Shown here: piece after piece, positions 1-9,563 of the stretch
Numbering within the stretch: position 1 is the first letter of the stretch
Layout: the number at the start of each line of letters is the position of its first letter
NCBI GenBank assembly: GCA_019358935.1
Contig: JAHHIK010000020.1
Span: forward strand, 1 to 64,000
Reading direction: 5' to 3'
DNA length: 64,000 nt
Source of the DNA: Tolypothrix carrinoi HA7290-LM1
GTDB taxonomy: Bacteria; Cyanobacteriota; Cyanobacteriia; Cyanobacteriales; Nostocaceae
Notes under the pieces: model-generated
Database searches by the model: none
Told to the model about the DNA's origin: nothing
What the model saw: only the letters and a program-made list of their open reading frames with translations
Position numbers and translations under genes: made by a program

Positions 1-125
1 GACTAGTGACCTCTACTCTACTTGGGGAAACCCTAGTAGAGCAAGTAACTAGGAAGAATGTAGAATCCCCTGATTTTCTGTACAAATGAGCGATAGCGAA
101 ATTTGTACAATCAGGGGAGTGTCAA
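1..125 (+). mobile_element. Right end of an IS200/IS605-family (TnpB-type) element, probably including the omega-RNA scaffold; element continues upstream of the window
   Basis: Subterminal hairpin CCCCTGATT..TGTACAAAT/ATTTGTACA..AATCAGGGG (67-117), then GAGTGTCAA ending at 125; kinase similarity on the minus strand stops exactly at this point. Confidence 0.7.
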
Positions 126-222
126 TTCTTACCAAATAGGTAATGCCAAAGCGTCCCCGTCCTAACTCTCTTTCAATGGTGTATTTTCCACCTTGCAATT
201 GATCGCCTGCTACCCAAGCCAC
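126..222 (-). pseudogene. 5' part of a Ser/Thr protein kinase gene interrupted by the IS end
   Basis: GTG at 222; MAWVAGDQLQGGKYTIERELGRGRFGITYLVR contains the kinase Gly-rich loop (LGRGRFG) and then runs into IS sequence. Confidence 0.75.
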
Positions 223-307
223 ATTTGCAACTCCCAAAATATCTGCATAAATTATCGCATAATAAAGTTTTGGCAGCTTGAGCAAGCGATCGCACAAACA
301 GAGCGAT

Positions 308-336
308 GTCTCACGACAAGCCGAGGAAAGCGTCTA
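308..336 (-). repeat. HIP1-associated mini-element (TAGACGC...CTTGTCGTnAGAC family)
   Basis: Minus strand reads GAG|TAGACGCTTTCCTCGGCTTGTCGTGAGAC|ATCGC; same ends as the copies at 3116 and 42409. Confidence 0.7.
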
Positions 337-393
337 CTCTTGCTAAACTACTCCCTTCCCGCTACAAAATTACCTATCTTCTTTTTCTTCCTC

Positions 394-462
394 CTTCTCC
401 TTCGGAGACGCTACGCGAACGTGTCCTTCGCGTCTTCTCCTTCGGAGACGCCAAGGGCGAAC
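394..462 (+). repeat. Two copies of a short hairpin repeat (CTTCTCCTTCGGAGACGC..GCGAAC)
   Basis: Copies at 394-420 and 434-462; related sequence at ~24491. Confidence 0.7.
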
Positions 463-622
463 GCGGTTCGTTAAATAGGTATTCTTCAAGCGGGAAGGGA
501 GTAATTTTAAAACTTGAAGAGATTTTTGAATGCGTGAATGCGTGACTTTTCCAACGGGTGGTTATCTGATAACAAAAGCCTAATTGTAAGTTACATCGAA
601 GGCAAGACATAAAAAGATTTTA

Positions 623-875
623 GAAGCCGTCACCTGTGAAAATTGAAGCTGTCGTTACCACAGTTGATACTTTGATAAGTAAAATTAAAGCTGTTTTTCC
701 CACTACTATTGCTGTCGTTATGGATGAAGAATCTGTCGTTACCACCGTTGATTGTGTTATAAGAAAAGTTAAAGCTGTCTGGAACACAACTAAAGCTGTC
801 GTTATGAATACTGAAGCTGTCGTTACCACTACTATTGCTGTCGTTATCACAGCTTTAATTGTAATTATGATGGTT
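623..875. repeat. Degenerate 21-bp tandem array with an 84-bp super-period
   Basis: Units such as GAAGCTGTCGTTACCACAGTT (645), ATTGCTGTCGTTATGGATGAA (708), GAATCTGTCGTTACCACCGTT (729), GAAGCTGTCGTTACCACTACT (813). Confidence 0.85.
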
Positions 876-970
876 TCCGCTTAGATGCACAACATGCGGT
901 GAGCGCACGGCAATACCATGTCCCTACATCCTGTATTCCATACAATTGCAAACGGCTAAATCTATAAATT

Positions 971-1225
971 ATGGCTCAAATTTTAGTAGAAAATTTAGAT
1001 CCTATTATTCTAGAAAAGCTAGAAACTCTCGCCAAACAGCACGGTCGCTCTTTGCAAGAAGAATTAAAGTATATCCTACAGCAAGCGGCTGAAAAAGCGA
1101 TATACTACCACAGTGGCGGCGATATGGAAAAAGTTAGAGAAGCTGCTTTCCGAATCAGACAACAATTAGTTGGCGGTATCCATACCGATAGCACTGAACT
1201 GATACGAGAGGACAGAGAACGTTGA
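971..1225 (+). CDS. FitA-like ribbon-helix-helix antitoxin
   Basis: MAQILVENLDP..LAKQHGRSLQEELK..DSTELIREDRER; overlaps the start of a PIN toxin gene. Confidence 0.8.
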   Translation: MAQILVENLDPIILEKLETLAKQHGRSLQEELKYILQQAAEKAIYYHSGGDMEKVREAAFRIRQQLVGGIHTDSTELIREDRER

Positions 1226-1645
1226 CTGTGTACGTTGTGGATGCAAGTGTTGCCATAAAGTGGTATGTTCCGGAAGTGCATAGCGAAATAGCTGCTTGTC
1301 TTTTGGATGAAAGTCACCAATTAATAGCTCCAGACTTATTACTACCTGAATTTGGTAACATCCTTTGGAAAAAGGTTCAGCGTGGGCAATCTTTGTGTGG
1401 AAACCAGTAGCAGAATTCTACAAGAATTTAAAGCTGTGACGTTGCAGACTTACCCATCAGAACCTTTATTAGAAACTGCTGTTGATATGGCGATCGCTCT
1501 GGGACAAACTGTGTATGATTGTTTTTATCTTGCTTTGGCTGTTAAGCAACGATGCCAGATGGTGACAGCAGACGAAAAATTTTACAACGCGCTTTTAAGC
1601 AGTATCTATGTAAGTAATCTTCTATGGGTGGAGAATATAAGATAA
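1222..1645 (+). pseudogene. vapC: VapC/PIN-domain toxin with a frameshift near 1390
   Basis: N-half VVDASVAIKW (1222-1410) and C-half YDCFYLALA..VTADEKF (to 1645) lie in different frames. Confidence 0.8.
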
Positions 1646-1754
1646 GCGATCGCCTTCCCCACACCCGAAAATTCACAAAGTAAACTCTCAAATAGGCTTT
1701 AGGTTTTCACACTTTTTTGTTACCCTATTCTTAAGAAGCATACAGGCAATTAAA

Positions 1755-2213
1755 ATGCCTAACCTCTACGAAACAGACTTCTATGGCTGGACGCAAGAAC
1801 AAGCTGAGTTACTTCGTCATAAAGAGTGGAGCAAAATTGACTTGCCAAATTTGCTTGAGGAAATAGAATCATTGGGGAAACAACAACGCCAGGAATTGAG
1901 AAATCGTCTGAGCGTGTTATTAGGACATTTACTTAAATGGCAGTATCAACCAGAACGGCGTAGTCATAGCTGGTTAGCAACTATTCGCTTGCAGCGACGT
2001 GAAACTATCAAATTATTAGTAGATAATCCAAGTCTAAAATCTTACCTGCCAGATGCTTTACAGTCAGCTTATGAAAACGGTAAAGATTTGGCAATGGGAG
2101 AAACTAATTTACCTTTGAAAACCTTTCCGTCAGAATGTGCTTATAGCTTTGAGCAAATTGTGAATAATGAGTTTTATCCAGGTGAACCAAGTTTCGATAT
2201 TGAAGAATTCTAA
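1755..2213 (+). CDS. DUF29 family protein
   Basis: LYETDFYGWTQEQAELLR..DLPNLLEEIESLGK..HLLKWQYQP. Confidence 0.85.
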   Translation: MPNLYETDFYGWTQEQAELLRHKEWSKIDLPNLLEEIESLGKQQRQELRNRLSVLLGHLLKWQYQPERRSHSWLATIRLQRRETIKLLVDNPSLKSYLPDALQSAYENGKDLAMGETNLPLKTFPSECAYSFEQIVNNEFYPGEPSFDIEEF

Positions 2214-2336
2214 CTCGATTTTGACTCTTTCTGATAGAAGTGCGATGCCTGCTTAGGGCAAAGCGATCGCTCTTTTCCTCCCTCTATTGCTAAACTAAAA
2301 AACAAACCTCACGAAGAACGCGAGGGTAGTAGCCCT

Positions 2337-3164
2337 ATGACTGCAATTAATCTACCCACTGACCTCACTCCTTTCCCCGACCATACGCAGCTACCAGAGT
2401 CTAATGGCACGTTTGTAAGCCAGCCGCTTGCGGAGGTTCCCTCCGTTGTGCGGACTGGCGTGAAAAATTGGCAAGAGCATCCCCAAAGCATCTTACTGAC
2501 TGACTCGATTACACCTGTCCTCAAGCAATTAAATCCAGATGGTCAATATTGTATTGGTCAGGACTTAGGCATTTACTGGCGTTTGACCGATCCCCCTGAG
2601 AAAGGGGCAGAAGCACCGGATTGGTTCTACGTGCCGAATGTACCACCTACTTTGAATGGGCAAACGCGACGCTCTTATGTATTGTGGCGAGAGTATATTG
2701 CCCCTTTGATTGCCTTAGAATTTGTCTCTGGGGATGGTAGTGAAGAGCGAGACAAAACTCCTTGGACGGGTAAATTTTGGATTTATGAGCAGGTGATTCG
2801 TCCGGCTTTTTATGGCATTTATGAAGTCAATAAAGCTAGTGTAGAAGTCTATCACCTGATTGAAGGACAATATCAGCTATTAGCCGCAAATGAGCGGGGA
2901 CATTATCCTATAGCCCCTTTGCAAGTTGAATTAGGCATTTGGCAAGGACAATATCAAAATGTAGAATTACCTTGGCTGCGCTGGTGGGATTTGCAAGGTA
3001 ATTTGTTGTTAAGTGGTGACGAAAGAGCCGAACAAGAACGCCAAAGAGCTGAAGAAGAACGCCAAAGAGCCGAGCAAGAACGCCAAAGAGCCGATCGCTT
3101 GGCTGCCCAGTTGCGTAGACGCGTTCGCCCTTGGCGTTGCCGCAGGCTAGCGGCTTGTCGTTAG
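2337..3164 (+). CDS. Uma2 family (DUF820) putative endonuclease carrying two mini-element insertions; ancestral stop at 3194
   Basis: LPESNGTF..APDWFYVP..ALEFVSGDG, coiled-coil tail of RAEQERQ repeats; inserts at 2417-2461 and 3116-3166. Confidence 0.85.
   Translation: MTAINLPTDLTPFPDHTQLPESNGTFVSQPLAEVPSVVRTGVKNWQEHPQSILLTDSITPVLKQLNPDGQYCIGQDLGIYWRLTDPPEKGAEAPDWFYVPNVPPTLNGQTRRSYVLWREYIAPLIALEFVSGDGSEERDKTPWTGKFWIYEQVIRPAFYGIYEVNKASVEVYHLIEGQYQLLAANERGHYPIAPLQVELGIWQGQYQNVELPWLRWWDLQGNLLLSGDERAEQERQRAEEERQRAEQERQRADRLAAQLRRRVRPWRCRRLAACR
2417..2461 (-). mobile_element. 45-nt structured mini-element, in frame within the Uma2 gene
   Basis: AAGCCAGCCGCTTGCGGAGGTTCCCTCCGTTGTGCGGACTGGCGT; removal restores TTT GTG AAA AAT (FVKN). 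Confidence 0.8.
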
Positions 3165-3166
3165 AC
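3116..3166 (+). mobile_element. HIP1-inserted mini-element with a nested ~24-nt element
   Basis: TTGCG|51 nt|ATCGCTG; removal restores GCGATCGC and the C-terminus LRSLGIEPKA*. Confidence 0.8.
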
Positions 3167-3216
3167 ATCGCTGGGCATTGAACCAAAAGCGTAATCTATT
3201 TTATCTATCCTAAAAA

Positions 3217-4347
3217 CTACTCATTAACATCCAATAAGCGCGAATTTTGTAGCCTATCCATCCACTTTCCTAAATACACTTGATTAGCATTTTGCTCATC
3301 TGGATTTTGGCTATCCAAAGGATGAGGCATTAATCCTAAAATCGTTGCTGTGGTAACACAAAACATCGATTTTTGGAAACTCATACAAATTTGTACCCGC
3401 AAATCATCTTCACCTCTGCGACTGCGACGATAAACTTCGTGCAAATACTCTGGCAGAAAGTGGCGCATATCCTGCATTAACAAGGTAGGAGGAATACCTG
3501 CACCACCAATGGGCAAAGGATCGGCATACAAAGCACCATATTGAAATCTTGCTTGATCTGCCGGAATTTGATAAGCTTGGGCATTATATGAAACTGTCCC
3601 GTGAAAAGGCGTTCCTCGAAAGAAAACTGCCTCGACATAAGGAATTGCCGTATCTGCAAGAAAGGTTAAACCAACGCTTTCGGGAATAATTTCATAAACT
3701 TTATCCCGCAGTTTCACAGCGTAGGTAATTGGCTTATTTGCATTTGCTACCAACTCCCCTTTAATATGATCTACAACTTGAGGAATCGATTTGATTTTGC
3801 CTTGGTCGTAAAGGTCTGATAAACTGAGAAACATATCAGCCATGACTCGCCAAAACTGACCCAAACCAGTATAGTAAGAAGTTACGCGCAACTGTTCAAT
3901 TAAGAAGTCAGGAAATAGTTGGTTAACTCCCATCATCAAGGGATTATTTTTAAATTTGGCATCAATAACAGCTTTGGCTCTTTCTTCAAATTCTGCTGAA
4001 TCTAAATATTCATCTAACCCTCCGCCTCCATGCCAAAGCATAGCTTTCATGCAATATTCAGCATATTCAAAGTTGATTCTGTCATGCGACCAATGACGTA
4101 GTAATTTATTTAGAGTAATTTCACCATTAAAGTATTTAAAAAAGGGAAAAAATACTAAGTATTGATTTTCGGCAATGTAGATGAGATTTTTGGAGTAAGC
4201 ATCTAAAACTACGCCATAACTTTTGAGAATGCCAACTACTTCTAATACGTTTTCGGGATTGTCAGGAAGTAATGGTTCTCCTTTTTGGAGAAGTTGAATA
4301 TAGTTAGAAAGAGGATGGTTGGCAAGCTTCTTTGTAATAGTTACCAT
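3217..4347 (-). CDS. cupB: CO2 hydration protein CupB (ChpX) of NDH-1(4)
   Basis: 376 aa, DRINFEYAEYCMKAMLWHGGGG and PIGGAGIPPTLLMQDM; follows ndhF4-ndhD4. Confidence 0.93.
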   Translation of the reverse strand: MVTITKKLANHPLSNYIQLLQKGEPLLPDNPENVLEVVGILKSYGVVLDAYSKNLIYIAENQYLVFFPFFKYFNGEITLNKLLRHWSHDRINFEYAEYCMKAMLWHGGGGLDEYLDSAEFEERAKAVIDAKFKNNPLMMGVNQLFPDFLIEQLRVTSYYTGLGQFWRVMADMFLSLSDLYDQGKIKSIPQVVDHIKGELVANANKPITYAVKLRDKVYEIIPESVGLTFLADTAIPYVEAVFFRGTPFHGTVSYNAQAYQIPADQARFQYGALYADPLPIGGAGIPPTLLMQDMRHFLPEYLHEVYRRSRRGEDDLRVQICMSFQKSMFCVTTATILGLMPHPLDSQNPDEQNANQVYLGKWMDRLQNSRLLDVNE

Positions 4348-4380
4348 TGCTGTTTCTCCTGGGTATTTAAAATACAGATT

Positions 4381-4575
4381 GTTTGTTGATAGTTGATAGT
4401 TGATAGTTGTTGGTTGTTGGTTGTTGGTTGTTGGTTGTTGGTTGTTGGTTGTTGGTTGTTAGTTGTTAGTTGTTAGTTGTTAGTTGTCAAAAATTACTCT
4501 TATCTACTATCGACTATCCACTATCGACTATCCACTATCAACGCTCCCACTAACCACTAACCACGCTCCAACTAT
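4381..4575. repeat. STRR heptamer arrays (TTGATAG/TTGTTGG/TTGTTAG) facing complementary CTATCGA/CTAACCA units
   Basis: Direct reading of tandem 7-mers between cupB and ndhD4. Confidence 0.9.
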
Positions 4576-4582
4576 CCATTTC

Positions 4583-6085
4583 TCAATTACCTTTGATTTT
4601 GTCTGGAGATATTGCGACTACGTTTTGGGCATTAACCATTGCGGTGATGGTTGGTTCAGTCCAGTGTATTAACCAAGCAGGTTGAATACCCAAAATCACA
4701 ATTAAGATTGCTAATACCACAGATGGAAGGCGATCGCTCCAATATACGCGAGGCAAATTCATCACTTGCACAGATAAGCGTCCAAAAAAGGCACGGTTTA
4801 CCAAAAGCAAGAAGTATACTGCGGTTAAGCCTGTACCAATCATTGATAGCAAGGTTTGCACCGGAAAAACCGGGAAACTGCCACGAAAGATAATAAACTC
4901 GGAAATAAACCCGACCATTCCCGGTATACCTGCGCTAGCCATTACGCCTAAAACCATTAAGCTACCAATTACAGGCATTCCTCGTTCTGGGTTGAGGAGT
5001 CCTTTAATTACGTCTAAATCGCGGCTTCCGGTTTTTTTATACACAATGCCTACTAGCAAAAACAGCAGTGCAGAAATCAAGCCGTGGCTGACCATTTGCA
5101 TAACTGTTCCCAACACGCTTAAAGGTGTAGCGGCAGCAGCAGCTAATAAAATGTAGCCCATGTGACCAATAGAACTGTATGCTACCATTTTTTTCATATC
5201 TTTTTGGGCGATCGCGCAGGATGCACCATAAAGCACGCTCACTACTGCCCAAATCGCCAACCAAGGAGCCAAATAACTCCAAGCTTCTGGTAACAAGTTC
5301 ATGCCAAACCGCAGTAAGCCGTAAGTTCCCAACTTCAACAACACACCAGCTAACAATACAGATATCGGTGTGGAAGCTTCGACGTGAGCATCTGGCAACC
5401 AAGTATGAAAAGGAACTAAAGGAATTTTAATTCCAAAACCTACCAAAATCCCGGCTAGCAATAAAATTTGTGTTGCCAACGGTAGCGCTTTCGCATTCAA
5501 GCTAACATAAGCAAAACTTGGCGCATGACTCAACCAAACCAAACCGAGGAAACTTGCTAAAATCAAAATTCCCGATAAAGCGGTATAAATTAAAAATTTT
5601 GTCGCTGCATAACCGCGCTGTTGTCCACCCCAAATCGCAATTAGCAAATACAGGGGAATCAATTCCAACTCGTAAAACAGGAAAAATAGCAGTAAATCCT
5701 GTGCTAAAAAGGCTCCAGCCACCCCAGCATTTAACAGCAGTAGCAAACAGTAATAAAACCGAGGACGATGCAAAGATTCATCGCTGCTGTAAATGGCAAT
5801 ACAAGTCAAAAGTCCATTTAACAGCAGCAAGGGCATAGACAAACCGTCTATTCCTAGGTTATAGTTTAAGCCTAAAACATCTACCCAAGGGATGAACTCT
5901 GCAAACTGTTGCGTCACTTGTCCGGGATTAAACTGACTTGCGAGGACAATTGTCCACAAAAAAGCGATCGCACTAAAAACCAAAGTTATCCCACGGGAAA
6001 TTTTCCCATTCATGGCTACGGGCAAAAACCCAATTAAAGCCGCACCGAACAACGGCAGCAAAATTAAAGCACTGAGCATAGACAC
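4583..6085 (-). CDS. ndhD4: NDH-1 subunit NdhD4 (alternative ATG start at 6079)
   Basis: NuoM-like membrane protein, PFHTWLPDAHVEAST and LLKLGTYG; between ndhF and cupB. Confidence 0.92.
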   Translation of the reverse strand: MSMLSALILLPLFGAALIGFLPVAMNGKISRGITLVFSAIAFLWTIVLASQFNPGQVTQQFAEFIPWVDVLGLNYNLGIDGLSMPLLLLNGLLTCIAIYSSDESLHRPRFYYCLLLLLNAGVAGAFLAQDLLLFFLFYELELIPLYLLIAIWGGQQRGYAATKFLIYTALSGILILASFLGLVWLSHAPSFAYVSLNAKALPLATQILLLAGILVGFGIKIPLVPFHTWLPDAHVEASTPISVLLAGVLLKLGTYGLLRFGMNLLPEAWSYLAPWLAIWAVVSVLYGASCAIAQKDMKKMVAYSSIGHMGYILLAAAAATPLSVLGTVMQMVSHGLISALLFLLVGIVYKKTGSRDLDVIKGLLNPERGMPVIGSLMVLGVMASAGIPGMVGFISEFIIFRGSFPVFPVQTLLSMIGTGLTAVYFLLLVNRAFFGRLSVQVMNLPRVYWSDRLPSVVLAILIVILGIQPAWLIHWTEPTITAMVNAQNVVAISPDKIKGN

Positions 6086-6097
6086 AAACTAGTTAAG

Positions 6098-6220
6098 GGG
6101 AATGGGTAATGGGTAATGGGGCATGGGGCATGGGGCATGGGGCATGGGGCATGAAAAAGAGATTAATAATTGATTCTCAATTTCCATTGCCCATTGCCCA
6201 TTGCCCATTGCCCCATGCCC
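6098..6220. repeat. Inverted STRR arrays (GGGCATG/GGGTAAT)n ... (TTGCCCA)n
   Basis: Tandem 7-mers at 6098-6152 and complementary units at 6181-6220. Confidence 0.9.
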
Positions 6221-6236
6221 TTCGGACTGTTAACTT

Positions 6237-8093
6237 TTAAAACGGCAACTTGTCCAATAGACCTAATGACCAGCTAATGAAAAACCCTAGCACGCTGACG
6301 ACCGCAACGATAGTTAACATATATCCTTGCGATTGACCGGAAATGCTGTATTTTAAGCTTTGTCCGCTAAAAATTGTGGCAATGCCAACTAGGTTAACTA
6401 AACCATCAACTATGTAGCGATCGCTCCAATTGGATATCCGAGAAAGTAGCGCTACTGCACCTACTACTGTCAATCGGTACACTCGGTCAATATAAAAGTC
6501 ATAACCTAATAAATCTTGCACAAATCTCCAAGCGAGTACTGTTGATCTTGACCAACCTTTGTGCAGGTAAATCGTACATCCTGTAGCTACCCCAGCCAAG
6601 GTAGATGAAACTAATAGCAACACTACATACCAGTTGACACTTTCCCAAGTTGGTAGCAGATACCATTGCTGTAGCATCACGGGGACTAACAGCGTCACTA
6701 TTATTAAGGATACCATTGGAAATGCCATTGTCCAACCGACTTCTGGGGTGCGACGGGTCTTTTGTTGCGCTTCACCCCAAAACACCAATCGAAAGACTCG
6801 TGTCAAATTTAATGCTGTTAAGCCGTTAACTAATAACAACACACCAATCACCCAAGGGTTAATTGCTACAAAGCCATCAGCCCATGACAGCATCGCCCAA
6901 AAACTACCTAATGGCAGTAGCGATACCAATCCGGCTGAACCGACGATGTAAGCTGTAGTGGTTGCCGGCATCCGCGACCACAAACCGCCCATTTCTGTTA
7001 AGTCTTGGCTGTGGGTGGTGAATATGACCGAACCCGAACTCATGAATAATAGTGCTTTAGCGATCGCATGAGTCAACAGCAACATTAAGGCGACACCTCC
7101 TTGCTGCAAACCTACCGCCAAAAATACTAATCCCATGTAGGCACTGGTAGAATGGGATAATGCCCGCTTAATATCTGTTTGGGCAAGGGACACTAAGGTT
7201 GCACCTATTGCCGTCACTGTACCCATAATTATCAAAGCGTTTAAAGCAACTGGCGAAAGCGCTAAAATCGGCTGAAGTTTAAATAGTAGATACGCACCAC
7301 CAGCCACTACCAATGAGTTCCGCATTACCGAAGCTGGGTTGGGACCTTCCATTGCTTCGTCTAACCACAAATGCAAGGGAAATTGAGCGCATTTACCAGC
7401 TGGTCCTGCTATCAATGCTAAACCGAGTAAAGTTGATGTTAACGGATTTAAGTTTGCTGTTTGCGCCCATTCATATAAATTGGAAAAGTTCAAACTACCA
7501 GCTAAGGTGGAAAGCGTTACTACTCCCATCAGCAGCAATAAATCTCCTACTCGTTTGGTGAGAAACGCATCTCGCGCTGCTGTCACTACCAAAGGTTGAG
7601 CATACCAAAATCCTACCAGCAAGTAAGTGGAAAGGGTTAAGACTTCTAACAAAGCATAGCTGAGAAACAACGAGTCACTGATGGCTAAACCACTCAACGC
7701 TGCTTCAAACAATCCCATCATCGCAAAGAAACGAGCGATCGCCCAGTCCTTTTCCATGTAACCTAAGGCATAAATCTGTGCTAACAGACTTAATCCCGTG
7801 ATTAAAACTGATGTCCCAATACTTATTGGTGAAATATCTAAGGCAAACGATAAGTCAAAATCTGCTGCCGAAAACCAGGCGATCGTAAAAGTTTCCGGTT
7901 CTCTATTCCAGATATCTATAAATACAAATAGACTGTGAATAAAAGCCAATACAGTCGTCAATATGTTTAAATATGCTGCTGGTCTTGGTCCTGTACGCCT
8001 AATTATTCCCATTGCCCACGGCAAACTTAAAATCGCGCCTACTAAGCTATAAATAGGCAAGCACCAACTTGTTGAGAAGAGAATCTGATTCAT
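6237..8093 (-). CDS. ndhF4: NDH-1 subunit NdhF4
   Basis: 618 aa, GKCAQFPLHLWLDEAMEGPNPAS; operon with ndhD4 and cupB, divergent from ccmK. Confidence 0.92.
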   Translation of the reverse strand: MNQILFSTSWCLPIYSLVGAILSLPWAMGIIRRTGPRPAAYLNILTTVLAFIHSLFVFIDIWNREPETFTIAWFSAADFDLSFALDISPISIGTSVLITGLSLLAQIYALGYMEKDWAIARFFAMMGLFEAALSGLAISDSLFLSYALLEVLTLSTYLLVGFWYAQPLVVTAARDAFLTKRVGDLLLLMGVVTLSTLAGSLNFSNLYEWAQTANLNPLTSTLLGLALIAGPAGKCAQFPLHLWLDEAMEGPNPASVMRNSLVVAGGAYLLFKLQPILALSPVALNALIIMGTVTAIGATLVSLAQTDIKRALSHSTSAYMGLVFLAVGLQQGGVALMLLLTHAIAKALLFMSSGSVIFTTHSQDLTEMGGLWSRMPATTTAYIVGSAGLVSLLPLGSFWAMLSWADGFVAINPWVIGVLLLVNGLTALNLTRVFRLVFWGEAQQKTRRTPEVGWTMAFPMVSLIIVTLLVPVMLQQWYLLPTWESVNWYVVLLLVSSTLAGVATGCTIYLHKGWSRSTVLAWRFVQDLLGYDFYIDRVYRLTVVGAVALLSRISNWSDRYIVDGLVNLVGIATIFSGQSLKYSISGQSQGYMLTIVAVVSVLGFFISWSLGLLDKLPF

Positions 8094-8691
8094 TTAAATT
8101 TCCTTTGACGAATTATTATTCATTATTTTTTACATTCAAAATATTTCATGTAAATCTAATATTTTTCTTCTCTTTTACTTTACATTTACCTAAATAAAAA
8201 TCTATTATTTAATAATCAAAATCTGTAACTACATCATTTTTATTTATTTCTATATTCCTATATTTTAATTTTATATCCCCTCTTTATATTATATATTAAA
8301 TAATTTTATCTGTTTTTATCGCCGCACTTAAATATACAACAAAATTGGACAAAACACAGCCGTAGCAAAAGCTCAAACAATGCAAGTCATTCTTAAGCAC
8401 AAGGTATAGCAGTCTTTATGAACTGATATTGAACAAATGTAATTAAAAAATTATAAAACATAAGTGGTTGCTCTAGCAATCTGTGTAATTTGATTGCTGA
8501 GATCGCCACATAAATTTATATTAAGAATTTTAAAACTATCTTATCATAAACTATTATAGTAATTTATATTGCCAGAAACGCAAAGCTTTTCTATGCTTAA
8601 TAACGGAAATGCTTTTACAGCTCAAACTGAGCATTCCCGTAAATATTTTCCACAAGACAAGTAATTGCATTAATTTTTGAGGAGTTCTGCG

Positions 8692-9000
8692 ATGCCAATT
8701 GCAGTTGGGATGATTGAAACAAAAGGCTTTCCGGCAGTAGTAGAAGCTGCGGACGCGATGGTTAAAGCCGCTCGTGTCACCTTGGTAGGCTATGAGAAAA
8801 TCGGTAGCGCTCGCGTCACCGTAATTGTGAGAGGAGATGTGTCTGAAGTACAAGCTTCGGTTGCAGCTGGGGTTGAAGCAGCCAGAAGAGTAAATGGCGG
8901 TGAAGTGCTGTCTACACACATCATTGCTCGTCCCCACGAAAACCTAGAATACGTATTGCCGATTCGATACACCGAGGCTGTAGAACAGTTTCGCACTTAA
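8692..9000 (+). CDS. ccmK2: Carboxysome shell hexamer CcmK2 (102 aa)
   Basis: [33 protein letters not shown] ribosome site before ATG 8692. Confidence 0.93.
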   Translation: MPIAVGMIETKGFPAVVEAADAMVKAARVTLVGYEKIGSARVTVIVRGDVSEVQASVAAGVEAARRVNGGEVLSTHIIARPHENLEYVLPIRYTEAVEQFRT

Positions 9001-9210
9001 AAGCTAGAAGGCAGCGCTTGCTCAAGGCAGAAGTCGGAAGGCAGAAGGCAGAAATGCTTATAAAAACTACTTTTTTGTCTGTTTATGACTGTCTAATTAT
9101 TTTTGTAGTGCTGTACTAGTTAAACAGGCATCACGCATCTATTAACGGATTGTCAGCCTAGTAGCTGTTTGTGTTCATCGAAGTGAAACTTAATTAAGGA
9201 TTAAAAAAGC

Positions 9211-9555
9211 ATGTCAATCGCAGTAGGAATGGTAGAAACGCTAGGTTTTCCAGCAGTAGTGGAAGCTGCTGACGCAATGGTGAAAGCCGCCCGCGTCACC
9301 CTAGTAGGTTATGAGAAAATCGGTAGTGGTCGCGTTACCGTGATTGTCCGGGGAGATGTATCAGAAGTGCAAGCTTCGGTAGGAGCGGGAGTTGAATCAG
9401 TCAAGCGAGTTAATGGGGGACAAGTTCTGTCTACTCACATCATTGCTCGTCCGCACGAGAACCTGGAATATGTCCTACCAATTCGTTATACAGAAGACGT
9501 AGAGCAATTCCGGGAGAATGTTAACGCCATTCGTCCCTTCGGCAGAAGACCGTAA
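9211..9555 (+). CDS. ccmK1: Carboxysome shell hexamer CcmK1 (C-terminal extension)
   Basis: BMC domain plus [13 protein letters not shown] tail. Confidence 0.93.
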   Translation: MSIAVGMVETLGFPAVVEAADAMVKAARVTLVGYEKIGSGRVTVIVRGDVSEVQASVGAGVESVKRVNGGQVLSTHIIARPHENLEYVLPIRYTEDVEQFRENVNAIRPFGRRP

Positions 9556-9563
9556 CGAGTACA

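Noticed and set aside
623..875. CRISPR array interpretation of the 21-bp arrays (also 30306-30538)
   Set aside because: No constant repeat separated by unique spacers, the period is too short, and no cas genes are in the window
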